The notes: a model not told the origin generated them from the sequence alone. A stretch of 51,417 bases of DNA from Thermoplasmata archaeon (GCA_036475875.1 JAZGAR010000073.1:1-51417), one strand, 5' to 3'; positions 18,630 to 28,615 are shown, numbered from the stretch's first letter. Numbers and translations: made by a program.

Positions 18630-18986
18630 ATGGAAAAGCATTCCTTATGTCATTTCGAATGGTCGTCAACAGATCTAGGGAAAACGAAAGCTTTCTTATC
18701 AGGTCTATTTGGCTGGGAGTTCAAGCCCTGGGGTGATGAATATCTGCTCTTTTCTACACCTGAAGGGCCGAACGGAGGCATCATGAAGGTGGATAAGGTC
18801 GTCCCTGGAAAATCGCCGTATGTGTACATAGAGGTGGACGAGATCGAACCCTACCTTGCGAAGGCAAAAGAACTGGGCGGTGGGGTAGATGTCCCCAAGA
18901 AGGAGATTCCCAAAGTGGGCTGGTATGCTCACCTCATAGATCATGACGGCAACATCATTGGAATCTTCGAAGACCTAAAAAAATAG
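18630..18986 (+). CDS. VOC/glyoxalase-family protein
   Basis: 118 aa with the single-domain glyoxalase pattern (HFEWSSTDLGKTKAFLSGLFGWEF...GGIM...VDEIEPYLAKAKELGG...GWYAHLIDHDGNIIGIFE). Confidence 0.7.
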   Translation: MEKHSLCHFEWSSTDLGKTKAFLSGLFGWEFKPWGDEYLLFSTPEGPNGGIMKVDKVVPGKSPYVYIEVDEIEPYLAKAKELGGGVDVPKKEIPKVGWYAHLIDHDGNIIGIFEDLKK

Positions 18987-19042
18987 GTCAAGGTAGAGAA
19001 AGCATATTAATCAATAATTCATACCAATATCCGTGAGCATGG

Positions 19043-19615
19043 ATGCAATCTAAAGAATCTGAGATAGCAAACGAGAATGTGTCAATAGAGTTTAGACGAA
19101 GAGGTCTCGAACTTGCTGGCTGGACTGCAGGATTTGTATTCCTCTTTTTCATAATACCTGGAATTGTGATCATTGCTTTGCCACCCACCCAAAGACCAGA
19201 AGGTCTTGCAGTACTGGCAGCTGTGCCTTTAATCGAATATTTGGCAATAAGTGTCGGTATAGGCCTCGGCATCAATCCTATACTCTCCTTTCTGTTAACC
19301 ATGCTACCTTGCACCGGTCTTTGTATGCTTGTTCTCGGGCTTTTTGGGTTCATGAGTGACTCTTCCCAAAGAGCGAAGAGGTTTTTAGAAAAAATTCAAA
19401 AAAAGATAGAAAAATACCCGAGATTGAAGAAATACGGTGTAGCTAGCAATTTCTTGTTCATCATAATTCTAGGCGTCTATATCGCACCAGGAATTTCGAT
19501 CCTCCTTGGATGGTCGAGGGTTCGGTCAGTGGTTTTCATGGCTGGAGGTATAAGTTTCATAACCTTTCTAATCGGATTGGGGACCATAGGGATCATAGAT
19601 CTGTTCTTTGTTTGA
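19043..19615 (+). CDS. integral membrane protein, function unknown (possibly the small multidrug-export-like family)
   Basis: 190 aa with four or more hydrophobic segments and a central basic loop (QRAKRFLEKIQKKIEKYPRLKKYG). The family assignment comes only from general resemblance. Confidence 0.5.
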   Translation: MQSKESEIANENVSIEFRRRGLELAGWTAGFVFLFFIIPGIVIIALPPTQRPEGLAVLAAVPLIEYLAISVGIGLGINPILSFLLTMLPCTGLCMLVLGLFGFMSDSSQRAKRFLEKIQKKIEKYPRLKKYGVASNFLFIIILGVYIAPGISILLGWSRVRSVVFMAGGISFITFLIGLGTIGIIDLFFV

Positions 19616-19698
19616 AACACACACCCCTATCAGAAATTTGGTGATCTTTATTTTCCGGTAGAAATTCTTCCTTTTTTGAGATGGCTAATATGATCAAT

Positions 19699-20436
19699 TC
19701 AAAACAGACTTGCCTGCTGAAATTTCAGTTCATCGTATTCGAATTTCTCCATTACCTCAGGAACATTCGTATTTCCTTTCCTATATGAGATCAATTTCGA
19801 TACGGTGTAAGCCTCCAATAATGAATCGTCAATGGGTTTAAGCATTGAACTGATTTTCTCCCTGCCAAGGTCTTTTGAGAGCCAACTCATTTCATCATCT
19901 CGTCTCAATATCGCGGGCATCCTTTTTTTCTTATTGTGGATCTTCGAAAGCAGAGGATTTGCCTTTGTTGTAATCACGGAAAAGGTATTGTATTTTTCAT
20001 CTGTTTTTTTGTTGTGCCATATATCCCAAATTCCAGCCAATGCAAAGGCACTCTCATCGGCCATCCTTATGTAATAGGGATAGTTCTTACCTTTCACTTC
20101 TCTCCACTCAAAAAAGCCATCTGCGATTACAAGACATCTCTTATTTTTTATTGATTGTCTGAACGAGGGCTTTTCGAATAAAGTTTCCACCCTCGCGTTG
20201 AAGGTCTTCATCCTGATTTTCTTGGCGGTTTCATCGTCCTTGACCCAGAAGGGTATTAATCCCCATTTTAAAAATTGGATTGTGTTGATCTTTTCATTTG
20301 TAATCACAGGAACATCTGGAATAGAAAACGCGGATACATGGTACGCTAGTTGATATAACTCTGGTTCCTCGAATTTGGCGTCAAATCGTTCTTCGATTCG
20401 GTCACTTTTTTGTGCATAGGAAATGTCAAAGCACAT
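19699..20436 (-). CDS. SRAP (SOS-response-associated peptidase / abasic-site processing) domain protein
   Basis: Starts MC..., the N-terminal catalytic Cys2 position of SRAP proteins. Contains FNARVETL, ADGFFEW, PYYIRM...FALAGIWD and RMPAIL. Confidence 0.8.
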   Translation of the reverse strand: MCFDISYAQKSDRIEERFDAKFEEPELYQLAYHVSAFSIPDVPVITNEKINTIQFLKWGLIPFWVKDDETAKKIRMKTFNARVETLFEKPSFRQSIKNKRCLVIADGFFEWREVKGKNYPYYIRMADESAFALAGIWDIWHNKKTDEKYNTFSVITTKANPLLSKIHNKKKRMPAILRRDDEMSWLSKDLGREKISSMLKPIDDSLLEAYTVSKLISYRKGNTNVPEVMEKFEYDELKFQQASLF

Positions 20437-20439
20437 CTC

Positions 20440-20805
20440 TCATTCCCCCTTTTTCTTCTTCTTTTCTTTTGGCGGCAATGAGGATACATAGGCAATCGAT
20501 TTATTCAACCATATTGAAAATGTTTTTTTCTTACCGTAAAGCGATTTTGGAAGAACAACATATTCCTTCATTGCTCTACCTGGCATTGGCTCAAATTGTT
20601 CAACTTCTTCATGATCGTTTTTTATACCCTCTCTTTCCTCTTCGGATAATCTGATAAATAACTTTTCTTCGAAGGTACCAGTGAACATATTTTTGTTGAT
20701 AAAATAGGCCGGAAATCCGAACATCGTTCTCTTCTGACATTCCACATCCTTTAAACTCTGTTTTAAAAAGTTGGTCAATCCTTCCGGTGATTTTTCCCAG
20801 GCCAC
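20440..20805 (-). CDS. TfoX N-terminal-domain-like protein
   Basis: 121 aa with RTMFGFPAYFINKNMFTG...LFIRLSEEE...MKEYVVLP and a Lys-rich tail. GTG start with AAGGGAG 8 nt upstream. Confidence 0.5.
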   Translation of the reverse strand: MAWEKSPEGLTNFLKQSLKDVECQKRTMFGFPAYFINKNMFTGTFEEKLFIRLSEEEREGIKNDHEEVEQFEPMPGRAMKEYVVLPKSLYGKKKTFSIWLNKSIAYVSSLPPKEKKKKKGE

Positions 20806-20987
20806 AATTTCATCTCCCTTTGAATCAATACAGGCGCACAGCTTTATCTTATTTTCGCTTTTTAGCCCGGAAAATGAAATGAACCCTGTAGTTCGAGGGT
20901 AGAGGTATAATCGTAGTTTAAAGAAATGATAGATAAGGGCAGGAAAGGAATTTTTACTGGGGGGTGAGGATTACACAGACCTGTCCT

Positions 20988-22121
20988 TCACACAGCCTCC
21001 AGTTCCTCCTCCTTGAAAGTCGCAAGCGGCAGCTCCTCATCCAGACTTCTACCTGCCACATAGTCGAACAATTCTTGGACGTCCGCTCCAAGGGCATGGT
21101 AGATGGCCAAAAGAGGCAATTTACTGGGACAGGCGCTCTCACACTGGCCACAGCTCACACAGGATGTGATCATGTGGTTCATTCTCCCAATGTGATACAA
21201 GACAGTATCTAAAGGCATCCTGACAACGCCCCTCTTTTTGCTCTTGTCCATGTACTGTTTCGGTGAGGGTGAGAGCATCTCGGATTCGAAAAAGCATTCC
21301 TTACAGTAGCAGATCGGACAAACATTCATACAGTTGTGACATTTTATACAGCCAGCTAAAACTTTCATGTAACTGGTTATGTCCTTTACTTCATCCTTGA
21401 TCTCTTTGACCAGTTTTTCCCTATTCTCCTTTCTGGCCTTCGCGAGTTCCTCGAGGGCTCCCTCGCGGCCTTTATGTTCTTCCCTTTCAGCCAATTCAAG
21501 GCTCAGAGCACCCAGAAGTTCCTCGCCCTTGGGTGTGTTGGCCCTAAGCAGGATTTCTTTACCTAAATCCAGGCCGATGGTGCAAATCGAGATGTCTGCG
21601 GTATCGATCACTGGAAATTCGCAGATCATGCAGGCGGAACGTAAGTTCACACCCGAAAGCGCTGTCTTACCTTGGCCTCCCGCCTCTTCAAGAAGTTTCG
21701 ACGTTAAACCCTTTCCGGATTTTTTGGCAAGCTCAGTATATTCAGGAACAGGCAAGGTACCGAGACAATCCATTGATACCAAGGTGACATTATCCAAATT
21801 TATCTGGTGGAGTTTTGCAAGCTCGAACACAGCACGCAGTTCACACGGTCTGAACACCGCAACGATCCTATCCTCGGATGCATTGTCCGTAGTTTTTACA
21901 AGTATATCCGCAGAATTGGAGGGTAAAATAAAGGCAAATGGGTTGGCACTAATAACACTCTCCGGGTCCTTTACGAGAGTTTGGACTGTACTCACCCCAG
22001 AAGGTAAATCCTGAGGTACCACCAACGCGTCTGCTGCATTCTTTGCCAGAATACTCTTGAAGAAATCATTCAGGGTAAGCAACACATCTTTTTCCACGTT
22101 CAGTTTGGCAATCTTGGACAT
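20988..22121 (-). CDS. Fe-S oxidoreductase subunit, AsrA / sulfhydrogenase-beta / FrhB-like N-part plus 2x[4Fe-4S]
   Basis: The ORF track gives 20988..22145. ATG 22121 (MSKIAKLN) lies 7 nt after GGAGG. Has an RPCELRAVFELAK segment and a C-terminal CIKCHNCMNVCPICYC ... CVSCGQCESACP. Last gene of hdr operon 2. Confidence 0.6.
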   Translation of the reverse strand: MSKIAKLNVEKDVLLTLNDFFKSILAKNAADALVVPQDLPSGVSTVQTLVKDPESVISANPFAFILPSNSADILVKTTDNASEDRIVAVFRPCELRAVFELAKLHQINLDNVTLVSMDCLGTLPVPEYTELAKKSGKGLTSKLLEEAGGQGKTALSGVNLRSACMICEFPVIDTADISICTIGLDLGKEILLRANTPKGEELLGALSLELAEREEHKGREGALEELAKARKENREKLVKEIKDEVKDITSYMKVLAGCIKCHNCMNVCPICYCKECFFESEMLSPSPKQYMDKSKKRGVVRMPLDTVLYHIGRMNHMITSCVSCGQCESACPSKLPLLAIYHALGADVQELFDYVAGRSLDEELPLATFKEEELEAV

Positions 22122-22132
22122 ATTTTCGCCTC

Positions 22133-22600
22133 CTATATATCCCACTCCTTCTTGAACGGATTAGGTCCCATTGCTTTGGTCTCCTTGACCATCTCATTCA
22201 CGGTGTCTGCAAACTTCTGACCTTCACTGGCACTGATCCATTCCAAGCGCACCCGCCTCTCCTCGAACCCTAAATCTTCGAGCAATTTTTTCATGATAGA
22301 GACTCTTCTTCTCGCCTTGTAATTACCTGAAAGATAATGACAATCCCCAGGATGACAGCCAGCTACCAAAACCGAATCCGCACCTTCCAGCAGGGCTTTT
22401 ATCACGTAGACAGGATCAACCGCACCGGTGCACATGACTCTAATGGGTATGAAGTTCGGGGGATACTGCAGCCTGGAAACTCCAGCAAGATCGGCACCTG
22501 TGTAAGAACACCAGTTGCACAGAAAGCCTATTATCTTCGGCTCGAAATCCCCTTCTTGCCCGGTTGTTTTCGTTTGTTCAGCCTGACTTTCACCTTCCAT
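22133..22600 (-). CDS. mvhD: MvhD-like [2Fe-2S] subunit (stand-alone, no tail)
   Basis: The ORF track starts at GTG 22609. ATG 22600 (MEGESQ) lies 6 nt after GAGGTG. Motifs FLCNWCSYTGADLAG...RVMCTG...AGCHPGDCHY. Confidence 0.9.
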   Translation of the reverse strand: MEGESQAEQTKTTGQEGDFEPKIIGFLCNWCSYTGADLAGVSRLQYPPNFIPIRVMCTGAVDPVYVIKALLEGADSVLVAGCHPGDCHYLSGNYKARRRVSIMKKLLEDLGFEERRVRLEWISASEGQKFADTVNEMVKETKAMGPNPFKKEWDI

Positions 22601-22612
22601 ATTTCTCACCTC

Positions 22613-24328
22613 TTAACACACCTCATCTATTTGGGCCAGAATCTCCTTATTGGAAAAACCAACCAACTCAGGAACACCACCAGGACAGGCCATGGCACAA
22701 GCGCCGCAGCCCTGGCATGTTGCTAAATCCACATTGCTCACCAATTTGACCTCCTCGGTGATGTGGTTTTTAACGATTTTCATTGAAATAGCTTCATAGG
22801 GACATAGTCCCTCACATAGACTGCAACCCATACATCGTGATTCATCTATTACTGAATGCACGCTCCGCACTTTAAAGCCATTCTTAAGGATGTGGGCCAC
22901 CTCGAAGGCGGATTTTTTAGCATCCGAGATTGACTTCTTAATGCTTCTTGGCCCCTGGACGCAACCGGCAAGGGAAACTCCTCTTCTATCGATGATATCA
23001 TACCTGTCATTATAGTATCCCATGAAGCCATCCACATCCAATGGGAGGTGAACCATCTTGGCGAGTTTTATTGTACCTTTTGCCGCCTCTTGTCCAACAG
23101 CCAGGACAACCAAATCGGATTTAAACGCCATTATTTCGCCGAGTTCAATATGCTCTGTCCTCAAAATCAAGCTCCCTTCGTCCCTCAGAACCTCAGCTAC
23201 CCTGCCTCTAATGAAGTAAACGCCCTTTTTCTGGGCATCCAGATAGTCCTCCTCGAACCCATTATCCGGGCCGCGCAGGTCCATGTAATGGATATACACT
23301 TGTGTTTCTGGACTGAGGGATTTGATCCTTTTCGCCTGTCTGATCGCATAGGTACAGCAAACAAGAGAGCAATGGTGGTTGCCCTTGTTGTCGTCCCTTG
23401 AGCCCACACATTGGATGAAGTTAACGCGCTTGGGAACCTTACCGGTGGACGGAACCTTTATCGCTTTCTTTGCTAGCATCTTCTCCAATTGATAGAAATC
23501 GATGACATCATCGTATTCATATCTGTATTCCGGGATTTTGCTCGCATCGAAAAGGTCAGAGCCGGTGGCGATGATTATTACCCCGACGACCAGCTCTTTA
23601 AGCCCCTCCTTAGTGTTGATACTGACATGATAATCTCCTAAGGTACCAGTAATTTCTTCTACCTCCGATTCCAGCATGATATCCGCATTTATGCTCCCAG
23701 TCAGTTCATCCATATTGGGCAGGGAGAGGTCCTCCTCTTTTAACGCCTCAGGGTCCAGCTCATAGGCCCTTCCACCCAATTTGCTTTCCCTTTCCACCAA
23801 ATGAACATTAAGGCCCTTCTTGACCAGATCCAAGGCCGAAGTTATACCTGCCAAACCACCGCCGATGATCAAAACATCGTTACCGTTGGGCAAGAGAACG
23901 CTTTTATCCTCCACGGAGAATGCAGAAATAACCCTTGCAACACCACCTAGGACCAGGGCTTCGGCCTTATCGGTAGCGGCCCCTTCTTCCCGATGTATCC
24001 AATCACATTGCTCACGGATATTAACATTTTCAATGAGGTACTCGTTGATTCCAGCCTCTATGGCACCTTTTTTAAGGATGTCACCGTACGTCCTTGGAGT
24101 GCATCCCACAATAACCACTCTTTCCACACCGGCTGAGGAGATCTCATCCTTCAGGAACTGCTGTCCCTCTTTTGTGCAGAGTTTATCGTGTCTCTTGACA
24201 AATATCCAATCCGGGCGGTCTTTGAGTCTCTTCTCCAATTCATTCATATCGATGTTTTTTCCAATTGTGTTATCGCAGGTGCAGAGGACGACGCCCAGTT
24301 TCGGTTCCTTTGATTTAACACCCCTCAT
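22613..24328 (-). CDS. hdrA: HdrA-like protein (N-domain + FAD unit + C-terminal ferredoxin)
   Basis: LGVVLCTCDNTIGKNI...VGCTPRTY N-domain, GGGLAG, CVGSRD...CSLVCC, and C-terminal CMGCSLCEGLCP/CQGCGACAMACP. Lacks the DKTFPTNDC motif and the inserted ferredoxin. ATGA overlap with the upstream gene. Confidence 0.9.
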   Translation of the reverse strand: MRGVKSKEPKLGVVLCTCDNTIGKNIDMNELEKRLKDRPDWIFVKRHDKLCTKEGQQFLKDEISSAGVERVVIVGCTPRTYGDILKKGAIEAGINEYLIENVNIREQCDWIHREEGAATDKAEALVLGGVARVISAFSVEDKSVLLPNGNDVLIIGGGLAGITSALDLVKKGLNVHLVERESKLGGRAYELDPEALKEEDLSLPNMDELTGSINADIMLESEVEEITGTLGDYHVSINTKEGLKELVVGVIIIATGSDLFDASKIPEYRYEYDDVIDFYQLEKMLAKKAIKVPSTGKVPKRVNFIQCVGSRDDNKGNHHCSLVCCTYAIRQAKRIKSLSPETQVYIHYMDLRGPDNGFEEDYLDAQKKGVYFIRGRVAEVLRDEGSLILRTEHIELGEIMAFKSDLVVLAVGQEAAKGTIKLAKMVHLPLDVDGFMGYYNDRYDIIDRRGVSLAGCVQGPRSIKKSISDAKKSAFEVAHILKNGFKVRSVHSVIDESRCMGCSLCEGLCPYEAISMKIVKNHITEEVKLVSNVDLATCQGCGACAMACPGGVPELVGFSNKEILAQIDEVC

Positions 24329-25392
24329 TGAGCATCACACCCGTCGAGAAAGTCCATGACCTCTATTGCCGCTCTTTTGGCATCCTCCACAGAATATCTA
24401 ATCCCTTTTGGACCTAAGGCACAGCCTGCCACCGCGATACCTTTAGAACCGTTGTCAGCGATAAAACCATTGGACTGCAGCTCCAATCCCAGCATTTTAG
24501 CGATGTCCTTACAGCCTTTATGCGGCTTTTGTCCCACAACCAATACAACGAGATCACTTTGGATCTCCATCAGTTCATCCGAGTCGAGATTTTCCAATTT
24601 TAAAAGTAATTCACCGTTTGTTTTTTGAACTTCAGCTACCCTGCCTCTTAGAAATCTAACACCTTTCTCCTGGGCATCCTTGTAGAACTCCTCGAAACCC
24701 CGATAGGCAGCCCGAAGATCCATATAGTGAACGTAAACCTCAATATCAGGATATTTCGTTTTCAGCTCCTTTGCCTGTCCTATCGCATATGTGCAGCACA
24801 CCATGGAGCAGTGCTGATTGCCCTTGTTGGAATCCCTGCTCCCGACACATAATATGAAATTCACAACCTTCGGAATATTACCATCTGAAGGTCGCTTCAA
24901 TATGTTGCCCTGGGTTCGCAGCAAAACGATCATCTTTTCCAGTTCAAGGAATGTCATGACATCCTCATATTTGTCGTGACCGTATTCCAGAATTTTATCT
25001 GCATTGAAGGTGGTGGAGCCAGTTGTCACTATTATCGCATCCACGTCGAGACTCATTTTTCCTCCATTCGAGCTTAAATCAACATGAAAATTACCAGGTT
25101 TGCCGGAGATATTCTCCACCTGGGTTTCAAGCATAATCTCAAGATTCTCGTTTAAGAACAGTTCCCCGAACTTGGGCGTGAAGATACACTCTCTGCAGTA
25201 ATCCATGCAGCAGCCGTCAGCCTTGCATTCGTGAGTCATATACGTCCTGCTGAGCTTGTAGGCCCTTCCCCCAAGCTCGGATTCTCTTTCAATAAGATAT
25301 GTATGGACTCCGTTATTAGCAAGGTCTAATGAGGCCTGCATTCCTGCAACGCCGCCTCCAATCACGATCGCTTTGTTTTTACCTTCCATCAT
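24325..25392 (-). CDS. hdrA: minimal HdrA-like flavoprotein (355 aa, no ferredoxin domains)
   Basis: GGGVAG and CVGSRD...CSMVCC. The DKTFPTNDCxMC position is replaced by YMTHECKADGCCMDYCRECIF. ATGA overlaps at both ends. Confidence 0.8.
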   Translation of the reverse strand: MMEGKNKAIVIGGGVAGMQASLDLANNGVHTYLIERESELGGRAYKLSRTYMTHECKADGCCMDYCRECIFTPKFGELFLNENLEIMLETQVENISGKPGNFHVDLSSNGGKMSLDVDAIIVTTGSTTFNADKILEYGHDKYEDVMTFLELEKMIVLLRTQGNILKRPSDGNIPKVVNFILCVGSRDSNKGNQHCSMVCCTYAIGQAKELKTKYPDIEVYVHYMDLRAAYRGFEEFYKDAQEKGVRFLRGRVAEVQKTNGELLLKLENLDSDELMEIQSDLVVLVVGQKPHKGCKDIAKMLGLELQSNGFIADNGSKGIAVAGCALGPKGIRYSVEDAKRAAIEVMDFLDGCDAQ

Positions 25393-28300
25393 GCAGCCTC
25401 CAAGGCTTTATCGACCATGGCCATCAGCTGACTCGGTTCGAATTGTCGTAAATATGGTACGTTGGATGGGCATATGCTCGAGCATGCACCACAGCCCATG
25501 CACAGAACTTCGTTCACCTCTGCAACACCGGTTTCCTCATTGACCTTTATCGCCTCATATGGACAATTTACTTGACACAATCCACAACCTGTACATCTCT
25601 CTTCATCCACAACTGCGGCCACACCTTCTGTCAATAACTGCTCTTTGGAGAGTATGGTCAAGGCTCTCGCTGCTGTTCCGCTTGCCTGGGATATGGCCTC
25701 ATCCATGAACTTTGGAGAGTGGCACCCACCGCACAAGAATACACCGGCTACGGCAAATTCCACCGGTTTGATCTTCAAGTGAGATTCCATGAAGAAATTG
25801 TCCTTTGTCAGGGGCACCTTGAGCACCTTGGCAAGTTGCTCGTTCTCTGGAGAGGGAAGATATGAAGAGCTTAAAACCACATAATCAGGTCGAATAACGA
25901 TATGTTTCTTGATATTGGGATTGTAAACCGTAACCTTTAGGTTCTCATTCTCTTTTTCCACCACAGGCTTTCGTTCCTTCTCATACCTGATGAACACCAC
26001 CCCTTTCGATCTTGCCTCTCTGTAAAACTTCTCTTTAAGACCGTAGGTTCGTACATCCCTGTATAGTACATATACATTAGCATTCGGTTTCAATTCCTTT
26101 ATCTTAAGAGCGTTCTTTACTGCCATTGAGCAGCATATCCTGCTACAATATTCCCTTCCTTCCTCTCTCGATCCTGTACATTGAATCATTACAACGTTGT
26201 TCTCGGAGTGGCCCTTCTCGTGAAGTTTTTTCTCGAACTCTAATTGGGTCATCACTCTGGGGTCCTCACCGTACATATATAAGCCCTTCGGCTTGAGCTC
26301 AGTTGCACCTGTGGCAACGATGATCGTGCCAACATTCAAATCCTTCTTTTCACCACCATGAGATATTGTAGCTGTGAAGTTTCCAATGTAACCCCCCACA
26401 TTCTGCACAGACGAGCTGGGGAACACCTCTATGTTGGGATTGCTATCTATCCGCTCCAAAAATGCCTTCAATTCTATTTGCGGGTCGTCATCTGTTAATA
26501 GGTAATAGACATTATTCAAATTACCTCCAAGCTTCTTTTCTTTTTCGACGATATAGGCCTTGAAACCTTTGTCTGCCAGGTCCAAAGCCGCTGTCATACC
26601 TGCAATCCCTCCGCCGATGATCAGGGCTGAATTTGTACAATCCACAGGGGACTTGTGAACCACCTTATTTCTCATCACCTTCTCAACCGCCATTGCCACC
26701 AGGTGTTTGGCTTTTTCAGTGGCCTTTTCAGGATCGTTTTTGTGCACCCAGGAGCAATGTTCCCTCGTACTTGTCAAATCGAAGAGATACTCGTTCAAAC
26801 CCATCTCCTTAATGGTTTTTTGGAATAAAGGTTCGTGGGTGCGAGGAGTGCAAGAGGCCACAACAACCCTGTTCAGATTATGCTCTTTGATGGCGTCTTT
26901 TATCTTGTCTTGGGAGGCCTGTGAGCAGATATAGAGGTCCTCATCGGCATGAACCACATTCGGTAATGTTTTGGAGAATTCCACGAGCCCAGGCACGTCC
27001 ACAACCGAGCCGATGTTTACACCACAGTGACAGGAGAAAACCCCTATTCTGGGCTCCTCCCCTATCTCTATTTCCTGGGCCCCTTCCTCCTTTCGACCTT
27101 CATACATTGGAACAAAATCCATGGCTTTCGATGCGGCTCCCGAAGCTTGAGCAACTGAGTCCGGTATGTCCTTCGGGGATTCGACGCTCCCACCAACATA
27201 GATTCCAGACCTGGAAGTCTCTTGGGGTGTGAAATATCCTGTATCGCAAAATCCATATTCGTCCAAATCCACACCCAACATTTCGGCAAGTTCTTTCCAA
27301 TCCTTGTGTGGCTCCATTGCCATGGCTAAAATCACGAGGTCAAAGATCTCCTCCTTTAACTCCCAGTTCTCATCTCTATAGATGATCTTCAGGTTCTTGG
27401 TTTCTGGGATTTCTTCTATGTGGGGAATCCTGCATCTCACATAATTCACACCGTATTCGTCCTTGGCCTTGTTATAATACTCCTCCCCACCCTTGCCGAA
27501 GGTTCGTAGGTCCATATAGAAAATTGTGGTATCGATGTCAGGTTCATGGTCCTTGGCGATGATCGCCTCCTTTGTAGCGTATCTGCAACACACGGCAGAA
27601 CAGTACGGTTTGCCTTTCTGCTCATCCCTTGAGCCGACACATTGTATCCAAGCGATTCTCTTAGGGGTCGTGCGGTCTTTTGGACGAAGAACCTTACCAG
27701 CGAAAGGGCCGGAAGCGCTGAGAACGCGCTCGAATTCAAGTGAAGTTAGAACATTATCGTACCTGCCGTAACCGTATTCCGACTTGATCTTTGGGTCTAC
27801 CGGGGTAAAACCAGATGAAACGATTATAGCACCCACGTCGATCTCTTTAATCTCGTCCTCTTGGTCGTATTCGATCGCTTTAGCCTCACAGAACTCGCTG
27901 CATGTCTTACAATTTCCAGTTTGATAATATATACATTTATCCTTATCAATTACCGGTATCAGCGGTATTGCCTGGGGGTATGGAATATAAACTGGCTTTC
28001 TCTGTGTCAATTCTCTATCGAATTCCGAAAGTATGGGAATGGGTTTATTACCACTGATACGCTCCACCTTTTTCTGTGTGAATCTCGATGTAGGGCATAT
28101 GAAGGCACAGGCTCCACAGGTCATACAAACATCGGATAACTCCAGGTATGGTGTACCAAGCTCCCGATCTATCCCGCGACCCTGAAAATTGATTGCCTCC
28201 CTTCCCATTCGTTCACACATTCTTACACAGAGGCCGCAGAGAATGCAGTTGTCATCCTTTTTCTTGAACCGCAGTTCGCCCACGCCGTATTCTTTGGCTA

Positions 28301-28613
28301 GATCGATTAATACCTCTTCTTCTGGGCTCCTGGCCAGTAATAGTTCAATGGTCATCTTCCGGCTCTTTTGCACATCCTCGGAATCGGTCAGTACTCTCAT
28401 TCCATCCTTCACTGGTAATGTACAAGCAGTAACCAGTAAAGACCACCCGTCCTTCAATATTTCAACTATGCATAGACGACAGGCCCCGTAGTTGGGAAGG
28501 GCTTTTTGATGGCATAAGGTGGGTATTTTGATTTTATTATCATTTGCAACCTCTAAAACCGTCTTTCCCTTTTCGGTCTCGAAGATTGTACCATTGATTT
28601 CTATTTTAACCAT
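25389..28613 (-). CDS. NuoG/HydA-N-terminal-like [2Fe-2S]/[4Fe-4S] module fused to an N-terminally truncated HdrA unit plus a complete HdrA unit (1074 aa)
   Basis: N-terminus: MVKIEINGT...CHQKALPNYGACRLCIVEI, CILCGLCVRMC, CMTCGACAFICP. It then enters HdrA at PVYIPYPQAIPLIPVID with no preceding GGGxxG, followed by CVGSRD...CSAVCC. Next come the N-domain IGVFSCHCGVNIGS...ASCTPRTHE, GGGIAG, CTGSRE...CSRICC, and CTGCGLCQVNCP/CMGCGACSSICP. Confidence 0.88.
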   Translation of the reverse strand: MVKIEINGTIFETEKGKTVLEVANDNKIKIPTLCHQKALPNYGACRLCIVEILKDGWSLLVTACTLPVKDGMRVLTDSEDVQKSRKMTIELLLARSPEEEVLIDLAKEYGVGELRFKKKDDNCILCGLCVRMCERMGREAINFQGRGIDRELGTPYLELSDVCMTCGACAFICPTSRFTQKKVERISGNKPIPILSEFDRELTQRKPVYIPYPQAIPLIPVIDKDKCIYYQTGNCKTCSEFCEAKAIEYDQEDEIKEIDVGAIIVSSGFTPVDPKIKSEYGYGRYDNVLTSLEFERVLSASGPFAGKVLRPKDRTTPKRIAWIQCVGSRDEQKGKPYCSAVCCRYATKEAIIAKDHEPDIDTTIFYMDLRTFGKGGEEYYNKAKDEYGVNYVRCRIPHIEEIPETKNLKIIYRDENWELKEEIFDLVILAMAMEPHKDWKELAEMLGVDLDEYGFCDTGYFTPQETSRSGIYVGGSVESPKDIPDSVAQASGAASKAMDFVPMYEGRKEEGAQEIEIGEEPRIGVFSCHCGVNIGSVVDVPGLVEFSKTLPNVVHADEDLYICSQASQDKIKDAIKEHNLNRVVVASCTPRTHEPLFQKTIKEMGLNEYLFDLTSTREHCSWVHKNDPEKATEKAKHLVAMAVEKVMRNKVVHKSPVDCTNSALIIGGGIAGMTAALDLADKGFKAYIVEKEKKLGGNLNNVYYLLTDDDPQIELKAFLERIDSNPNIEVFPSSSVQNVGGYIGNFTATISHGGEKKDLNVGTIIVATGATELKPKGLYMYGEDPRVMTQLEFEKKLHEKGHSENNVVMIQCTGSREEGREYCSRICCSMAVKNALKIKELKPNANVYVLYRDVRTYGLKEKFYREARSKGVVFIRYEKERKPVVEKENENLKVTVYNPNIKKHIVIRPDYVVLSSSYLPSPENEQLAKVLKVPLTKDNFFMESHLKIKPVEFAVAGVFLCGGCHSPKFMDEAISQASGTAARALTILSKEQLLTEGVAAVVDEERCTGCGLCQVNCPYEAIKVNEETGVAEVNEVLCMGCGACSSICPSNVPYLRQFEPSQLMAMVDKALEAA

Positions 28614-28615
28614 TT

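Noticed and set aside
20806-20987. A 182-nt gap between the end of hdr operon 2 and the TfoX-like gene, inspected for a small RNA or tRNA.
   Set aside because: It contains only a weak 5-bp inverted repeat (ACCCT...AGGGT) and a BRE/TATA-like GCGAAAATAAGATAAA for the downstream gene. There is nothing structured enough to call.
3286-25392. Selenocysteine recoding in HdrA/MvhD (in-frame TGA).
   Set aside because: All hdrA and mvhD frames are continuous, with Cys codons at the motif positions. No in-frame TGA splits were needed to reconstruct them.
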